Assembly (NCBI RefSeq): GCF_000015585.1
Contig: NC_008789.1
Coordinates: 1,110,001-1,142,000, forward strand
Length of the DNA: 32,000 nt
Origin: Halorhodospira halophila SL1
GTDB taxonomy: Bacteria; Pseudomonadota; Gammaproteobacteria; Nitrococcales; Halorhodospiraceae
Reading direction: 5' to 3'
Shown here: positions 25,828 through 32,000 of the stretch, piece after piece
Numbering within the stretch: position 1 is the stretch's first letter
Layout: every line of letters begins with the position of its first letter
The notes under the pieces: generated by a model
The model's database searches: none
What the model was told of the DNA's origin: nothing
Seen by the model: the letters and a program-made list of their open reading frames with translations, nothing else
Translations under genes and position numbers: made by a program

Positions 25828-25863
25828 ACGTACGCCTGACCCGCTGGCCCGGGCCATCACGAC

Positions 25864-26109
25864 TTAGAACTCCTCTTCGAGATCCTCGTCGCCGAAGTCA
25901 TCCTCGAAGCCGTCGTCAAAATCGTCGTCGAAGTTATCCTCGAAGTCTTCGTCGAAGGCCTCGTCTTCATCCATGGGTGCCGGCTCATCACCCTCCGGCA
26001 TCTCCTCGAACTCGTCGAGCTCCTCGAAATCGTCACCGCCGCCGCAGCCCGCCAGCGTGAGTCCGCCAGCGACGGTCAGGATCCCCAGGATAGTCGCAAG
26101 CTTACGCAT
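25864..26109 (-). CDS. Small polyanionic lipoprotein (81 aa precursor), function unknown
   Basis: Track ORF 25864..26112 starts on TTG. ATG 26109 has AGGAG 7 nt upstream. MRKLATILGILTVAGGLTLAG|C is a signal peptide with an L-A-G-C lipobox. The mature 60 aa contain 34 Asp/Glu, 10 Phe and no Lys/Arg/His. The gene ends at the bidirectional terminator. Confidence 0.7.
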   Translation of the reverse strand: MRKLATILGILTVAGGLTLAGCGGGDDFEELDEFEEMPEGDEPAPMDEDEAFDEDFEDNFDDDFDDGFEDDFGDEDLEEEF

Positions 26110-26152
26110 CAACCCTCTCCTCTCTATGGCGATTTGGAATCAATCGAGGTGA

Positions 26153-27325
<1,173 letters not shown>

Positions 27326-27329
27326 TACA

Positions 27330-28004
27330 TTGAAAAGTTACTTCGCCCGGATCTTCGGCTCCTCACCGGTCGCCCCTCTGCAGCAGCACATGGCCGAGGT
27401 GGTCGACTGCGTGGAGGTGCTGCCGGAGCTTTTCCGGGCCTCGGCGGTGGGCGACGTGCAGCGCATGCGCGACGCCCACCGCCAGATCGTCCACCACGAG
27501 CACGAGGCGGATCGGCTGAAGAAGGAGATCCGCGCCCACCTCCCCCCGGACCTGTTCATGCCCTGGGACCGGCGCGACTTCCTAGAGCTGCTGCGCGCCC
27601 AGGACCGTATCGCCAATAAGAGCAAGGACATCGCCGGGCTGATGATCGGCCGCCAGATGCAGTGGCCATCGGCCCTGATCGAGGCCACCCTCGGCCTGCT
27701 CGACCAGGGCATCGAGGCGGCACGCCAGGCTAAGGCCTCGGTGCGCGAACTCGACGAACTGGTCGAGGCTGGCTTCCGCGGTGCGGAACTGGAGATCGTC
27801 GAGAGCCTGCTGGAAAAACTCGACGACGTCGAAGCAGAGACCGATCGCATGCAGGTCCAGCTGCGCTCGCAGCTGTTCGAGATCGAGCGCGACCTCTACC
27901 CGGTGGACGTCATGTTCCTCTACCAGATCATCGAGGCTCTGGGCACCCTGGCCGATCGTGCGCAACAGACCGGCGCACGGTTCCAGATCCTGCTCGCACG
28001 CTGA
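27330..28004 (+). CDS. DUF47 / TIGR00153 PhoU-like protein (putative phosphate-transport regulator paired with Pit)
   Basis: Track ORF, 224 aa, TTG start 8 nt after GAGGG. Helical and charged sequence (IFGSSPVAPLQQHMAEV...EHEADRLKKEIRAHL...). It sits 3 nt upstream of a PiT transporter gene, the usual pairing for this family. Confidence 0.8.
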   Translation: MKSYFARIFGSSPVAPLQQHMAEVVDCVEVLPELFRASAVGDVQRMRDAHRQIVHHEHEADRLKKEIRAHLPPDLFMPWDRRDFLELLRAQDRIANKSKDIAGLMIGRQMQWPSALIEATLGLLDQGIEAARQAKASVRELDELVEAGFRGAELEIVESLLEKLDDVEAETDRMQVQLRSQLFEIERDLYPVDVMFLYQIIEALGTLADRAQQTGARFQILLAR

Positions 28005-28007
28005 GGC

Positions 28008-29258
28008 ATGGAATACGCGGTCGTCTACCTGTTCCTCGCCGCTGCGTTTGGCTTGTTTATGGCGTGGGGCATCGGCGCCAACGACGTAGCCAATGCCATG
28101 GCCACCTCGGTGGGCTCGCGGGCGCTGACCATCCGCCAGGCGGTGGTGATCGCCGCCATCTTCGAGTTCGCCGGTGCGGTGCTCGCCGGTGGCGCGGTGG
28201 CCGCCACCGTGCGTGGCGGGATCGTCGACACCTCGTCCCTGGTCGGCGAGGAGGAGATCCTCGTCTTCGGCATGCTGGCCGCCCTTGCCGCTGCCGGCTG
28301 CTGGCTGCTGGTGGCGTCCTGGCGGGGGTGGCCGGTATCCACCACGCACTCGATCATCGGCGCTCTGGTGGGCTTCGGCATCGCCGGGCTCGGCTGGGGC
28401 GCCATCCACTGGCCGGCCGTCGGGCAGGTGGCAGCCAGCTGGGTGACCTCGCCGCTGATCGCCGCAGTCGTCAGTTTCGCACTGTTCCGCTCCGTGCAGG
28501 TGCTGGTGCTCGACCGCCGCCACCCCCTTGAGGCGGCCAAGAAGTGGGTGCCATTCTATATCTTCCTCACTGGCTTCTTTGTCTCCGTGATCACCCTCTT
28601 CCGGGGGCTGCAGCACATCGGGCTGGACCTGGGCTTCACCACCAATCTGTCGCTGTCCCTGGGTATTGGCCTGGCCATGGCGTGGGCCGGCAAGGTGGCC
28701 ATCCACCGCACCCGGTTCGATGAGCGCCCACACCGGCGCTACCAGTTCCGCAACGTCGAGCGGGTCTTCGCCGTGCTGATGATCATCACCGCCTGCGCCA
28801 TGGCCTTCGCCCATGGCTCCAACGACGTAGCCAACGCCGTCGGCCCGGTCGCCGCGGTGGTGGCCACGGTGACCAGCGGCGAGATCCAGGCCGAGGCGCC
28901 GGTACCCATCTGGATCCTGGTCCTGGGCGCCGTGGGCATCGTCGCCGGCCTGCTCATGCTCGGCCGCCACGTCATCGCCACCGTCGGCAAGAACATCACG
29001 CAGTTGACCCCAAGCCGCGGGTTCGCCTGCAACCTGGCCACCGCCGGGACCGTGGTCACCGCCTCGGGCATCGGCCTGCCTATCTCCACCACCCACACGC
29101 TGGTGGGGGCCGTGCTCGGCGTCGGCCTGGCCCGCGGTCTCGCCGCCATCGACCTGCGGGTGGTGACCGGAGTGTTCATGTCGTGGCTGGTCACCCTGCC
29201 CGCCGGCGGCATCCTGGCCGTCATCTTCTTCTATCTGCTCTACTGGAGCTTCGGCTAA
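28008..29258 (+). CDS. pit: Inorganic phosphate transporter, PiT family
   Basis: Track ORF, 416 aa, polytopic. Duplicated PiT signature GANDVANAMATSVG (N-terminal half) and GSNDVANAVGP (C-terminal half). Confidence 0.93.
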   Translation: MEYAVVYLFLAAAFGLFMAWGIGANDVANAMATSVGSRALTIRQAVVIAAIFEFAGAVLAGGAVAATVRGGIVDTSSLVGEEEILVFGMLAALAAAGCWLLVASWRGWPVSTTHSIIGALVGFGIAGLGWGAIHWPAVGQVAASWVTSPLIAAVVSFALFRSVQVLVLDRRHPLEAAKKWVPFYIFLTGFFVSVITLFRGLQHIGLDLGFTTNLSLSLGIGLAMAWAGKVAIHRTRFDERPHRRYQFRNVERVFAVLMIITACAMAFAHGSNDVANAVGPVAAVVATVTSGEIQAEAPVPIWILVLGAVGIVAGLLMLGRHVIATVGKNITQLTPSRGFACNLATAGTVVTASGIGLPISTTHTLVGAVLGVGLARGLAAIDLRVVTGVFMSWLVTLPAGGILAVIFFYLLYWSFG

Positions 29259-29273
29259 ACCGGGAAACACCGC

Positions 29274-30086
29274 ATGAGCGATCACTACGCCGTCGTCGGC
29301 AACCCGATTGCCCACAGCAAGTCGCCACAGATCCACACCCGCTTCGCCGCCGAGGTGGGTGCCGATCTGCACTACCACCGCCTGTGGGCCCCGGAGGACC
29401 ACTTCGCCCCCGTGGCCGAGGCGTTCTTCGCCGGCGGGGGGCACGGGCTCAACGTCACCGTGCCGTTCAAGGGGGCGGCGTACACCTTCGCCGATACCCT
29501 CAGCGATCGGGCGCGGGCCGCCGGCGCCGTGAACACCCTGCGCGCCGAGCCCGACGGCCGGCACTTTGGCGACAACACCGACGGTATCGGCCTGCTGCGC
29601 GACCTGCAGACCAACCACGGCATCGACCTGGCCGGCCGACGGCTGCTCCTGCTCGGCGCCGGCGGCGCCGCCCGGGGGGTGCTGCACGACCTGCTCGGTG
29701 AAGACCCGCGGACAGTGGTGATCGCCAATCGCACAGTGGACCGAGCCGAGGCACTGGCCGGCAACGACCACCGGATCCGTGCCTGCGGCTTCGATGTACT
29801 CGCCGGGGAACGCTTCGAGGTGGTCATCAACACCACGGCCGCCGGACTACAGGGCGAGATGCCGCCACTGCCCGACGACCTCCTCGCCCCCGGCGCCACG
29901 GCCTACGATCTGGTTTACGCGGACGAGGACACGCCGTTCATGGCCTGGGCACGGGCCCGGGGCGCCGTCACCGTGTGTGACGGGTTGGGCATGCTGGTCG
30001 AGCAGGCCGCGGAGTCTTTCTATCAGTGGCGCGGCACCTACCCGCAAACGGCCCCGGTGATCGAGGCGCTGCGCATCGGGGCCTGA
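29274..30086 (+). CDS. aroE: Shikimate 5-dehydrogenase
   Basis: Track ORF, 270 aa. GNPIAHSKSPQIH, LNVTVPFK, NTDGIG, LGAGGAARG. Confidence 0.94.
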   Translation: MSDHYAVVGNPIAHSKSPQIHTRFAAEVGADLHYHRLWAPEDHFAPVAEAFFAGGGHGLNVTVPFKGAAYTFADTLSDRARAAGAVNTLRAEPDGRHFGDNTDGIGLLRDLQTNHGIDLAGRRLLLLGAGGAARGVLHDLLGEDPRTVVIANRTVDRAEALAGNDHRIRACGFDVLAGERFEVVINTTAAGLQGEMPPLPDDLLAPGATAYDLVYADEDTPFMAWARARGAVTVCDGLGMLVEQAAESFYQWRGTYPQTAPVIEALRIGA

Positions 30087-30111
30087 CGCGGCCCACCCGC
30101 CCCGACCGCGG

Positions 30112-30546
30112 CTACTCCTCGCGGCTGTTGACCATCACCTCGGCCTCACCGGTGAGCACGGTACGCTTGCGCACGTAGCAGCGGGTATCCAGCCGCACCC
30201 GGCGCCGCTGGGCATCGACCTCGAGCACCGTCGCCTCGGCGCGGACGGTGTCGCCGATGCGCACCGGGGCCTGGAAACGCAGCTGCTGCCCCAGGTAGAT
30301 GGCGCCGGGCCCCGGCATGCGGGTGCCAAGGACGCAGGAGATCAGCCCACCGAGGAACAGCCCGTGGGCGATCCGCCCCTTGGCGAAGGTCGTCGAGGCG
30401 AACTCCTCGTTGATGTGGACGGGGTTGTTGTCTCCGGAAAGACCCGCGAAGAGGACCAGATCCGCCTCGGTGACGGTCCGCGTATACGACCCGGCCATCC
30501 CCGGCTCCAGATCCTCCACGCAGTAACCCTGCAACTCGTGAACCAT
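30112..30546 (-). CDS. MaoC-like (R)-specific enoyl-CoA hydratase, hot-dog fold
   Basis: Inner ATG 30546 of track ORF 30112..30825, with GGGAG 7 nt upstream. Hydratase-2 motif FAGLSGDNNPVHINEEFAS. 144 aa, typical of single-domain PhaJ/MaoC proteins. The upstream 93 codons of the track ORF look non-coding. Confidence 0.88.
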   Translation of the reverse strand: MVHELQGYCVEDLEPGMAGSYTRTVTEADLVLFAGLSGDNNPVHINEEFASTTFAKGRIAHGLFLGGLISCVLGTRMPGPGAIYLGQQLRFQAPVRIGDTVRAEATVLEVDAQRRRVRLDTRCYVRKRTVLTGEAEVMVNSREE

Positions 30547-30674
30547 ACGCGCGCTCCCGATCGCTGCCGGCGCCGACCCCCGGCAAATACGGATGGTGAA
30601 TGGGTTGTCACTCTGACACGCGCCAGGGCAAAAAGACCACAGGGACGGCGCGCCGAACCACCCGCACTCGGCGT

Positions 30675-30703
30675 TTGCGCCCACAGAGGCTCGTGAATAT
30701 ACT
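30675..30703 (+). promoter_or_regulatory. Candidate sigma70-type promoter for gltB
   Basis: TTGCGC (30675..30680), 17-nt spacer, TATACT (30698..30703), about 100 nt upstream of the gltB start. This is a pattern match only. Confidence 0.4.
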
Positions 30704-30806
30704 ACCGTCCCGCTTTTGTCGGCGGGTGATCGACACCGGCGGCACACCGGGCATAGCGGACCGGCCGCCCCATCAAAAAACGACCCCGCAGCATCCAGAG
30801 GCGACC

Positions 30807-32000
30807 GTGACGGACGAAAACGCACCCGGCCTGTACCGGCCCAGCTTCGAACGAGACAACTGCGGTTTCGGGCTGATTGCCCATATGGATGGTAACCCCA
30901 GCCATTGGCTCATCGAAACCGCCGTAGCCGCCCTCGGGCGACTCACCCACCGCGGCGCGGTAGCCGCCGACGGCAAGACCGGCGACGGCTGCGGCCTGCT
31001 ACTGACCAAACCCGACGCCTTCCTGCGGGCGGTGGCGCACGAGGCCGGGCTGGACCTCGACGAGCAGTTCGCCGTGGGCAGCCTGTTCCTCCATCCCGAG
31101 GAGGGCTTCGCCGAAGCGGCGCGCGAGGCGCTGCGCCAAGCGCTGCGCAGCCAAGGGCTGGAGCCGGCCGGATTCCGCGAGGTGCCGGTAGACACCTCGG
31201 CGCTGGGGGCCCAGGCCCTCCAGACCTGTCCCCGGATCGAGCAAGCCTTCGTCAATGCCGATCCGGGGATGGAGGCCCAGGACCTGGAGCGGCGGCTGTT
31301 CATCGCCCGACGACTCACCGAGAAGGCGATCAGCAGCGAAGACGAGGTCTTCTACGTCGCCAGCCTCTCGGGCCGGGTCCTCTCTTACAAGGGGCTGGTG
31401 ATGCCGGATTACCTGCCCGCGTTCTACCAGGACCTCCAGGACCCGCGCCTCGCCTCTTCCCTCTGCGTCTTCCACCAGCGTTTCTCCACCAACACCCTGC
31501 CCCAGTGGCGCCTGGCCCAACCCTTCCGGTATCTGGCCCACAACGGCGAGATCAATACCATCCAGGGCAACCGTAATTGGGCCAACGCCCGGGCCTTTAC
31601 GCTCAACACGCCGCTCATCCCCGACATGGAAGCGGTCCACCCGCTGGTCAACAGCGAGGGGTCCGACTCCTCGAGCCTCGACAACATGCTCGATGTGCTC
31701 CTCCAGGGTGGGATGGACATCTTCCGCGCCATGCGCCTGCTGATGCCGCCGGCTTGGCAGAACGTCGACTCCATGGACGCGGACCTGCGGGCGTTCTACG
31801 AGTACCACTCGATGCACTGCGAGCCCTGGGACGGGCCGGCCGGCATCGTCCTCACCGACGGCCGCCACGCCGCCTGCTCCCTGGATCGCAACGGGCTGCG
31901 TCCGGCGCGCTGGGTGATGACCCGCGACCGCCACATCACCCTGGCCTCGGAGATCGGCGTCTGGGACTACGACCCCGCCGAGGTAGTGGCCAAGGGACGG
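30807..32000 (+). CDS. gltB: Glutamate synthase large subunit, N-terminal amidotransferase domain; gene continues past the right edge
   Basis: Absent from the track because it is open to the window end. My translation from GTG 30807 reads [34 protein letters not shown]...[17 protein letters not shown]...[37 protein letters not shown]...[10 protein letters not shown]...[10 protein letters not shown]. An alternative upstream GTG at 30726 is possible. Confidence 0.92.
   Translation, partial: MTDENAPGLYRPSFERDNCGFGLIAHMDGNPSHWLIETAVAALGRLTHRGAVAADGKTGDGCGLLLTKPDAFLRAVAHEAGLDLDEQFAVGSLFLHPEEGFAEAAREALRQALRSQGLEPAGFREVPVDTSALGAQALQTCPRIEQAFVNADPGMEAQDLERRLFIARRLTEKAISSEDEVFYVASLSGRVLSYKGLVMPDYLPAFYQDLQDPRLASSLCVFHQRFSTNTLPQWRLAQPFRYLAHNGEINTIQGNRNWANARAFTLNTPLIPDMEAVHPLVNSEGSDSSSLDNMLDVLLQGGMDIFRAMRLLMPPAWQNVDSMDADLRAFYEYHSMHCEPWDGPAGIVLTDGRHAACSLDRNGLRPARWVMTRDRHITLASEIGVWDYDPAEVVAKGR

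Noticed and set aside
25782-26060. 92-aa plus-strand ORF (extremely Arg/Pro-rich) opposite the acidic lipoprotein gene.
   Set aside because: It is the mirror image of the GAx/GAy codon run. It starts inside the prk terminator hairpin and has no RBS or signal. The minus-strand reading has an RBS, a signal peptide, a lipobox and a terminator.
30087-30111. Short inverted repeat (cgcgg...ccgcg) between the convergent aroE and maoC genes, considered as a terminator.
   Set aside because: It has only a 5-bp stem with a 13-nt loop and no U-tract, which is too weak to call.

Overview
High-GC, almost fully coding proteobacterial chromosome segment dominated by core autotrophic carbon metabolism. I see no mobile island, defence locus, CRISPR array, tRNA or rRNA. 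Seventeen consecutive minus-strand genes run from right to left. They are form IA RuBisCO cbbL-cbbS, the activase pair cbbQ-cbbO, tkt, pgk, pyk and class II fba. Next come a DUF502 membrane protein, pyruvate dehydrogenase aceE-aceF-lpdA, the O2-independent ubiquinone genes ubiU-ubiV-ubiT, and the 5' part of a large NAD-specific glutamate dehydrogenase gene that runs off the left edge. cbbR is divergent from cbbL and is followed on the plus strand by rpe and prk. After a bidirectional terminator and a tiny minus-strand lipoprotein gene comes a tight plus-strand block: hemB, a DUF47/PhoU-like gene, a PiT phosphate transporter and aroE. A convergent MaoC-type hydratase gene and the 5' part of gltB, which runs off the right edge, complete the window. 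The gene set and composition suggest a halo/alkaliphilic sulfur-oxidising or phototrophic gammaproteobacterium, perhaps Ectothiorhodospiraceae, but this is a low-confidence inference. I do not see a convincing multi-gene novel system. The best candidates for undescribed biology are small. (1) An 81-aa lipoprotein whose mature part is more than half Asp/Glu, has no basic residue and has Phe every fourth residue. (2) A roughly 234-bp palindromic element with 24-bp perfect terminal inverted repeats between lpdA and ubiU. (3) A near-duplicate lipoyl domain shared by E2 and E3, with long runs of nucleotide identity. (4) The lack of gap between tkt and pgk, and a DUF502 gene embedded between fba and aceE. 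The many 700-1150-aa ORFs in the track that lie opposite these genes are GC-skew artefacts and were rejected.
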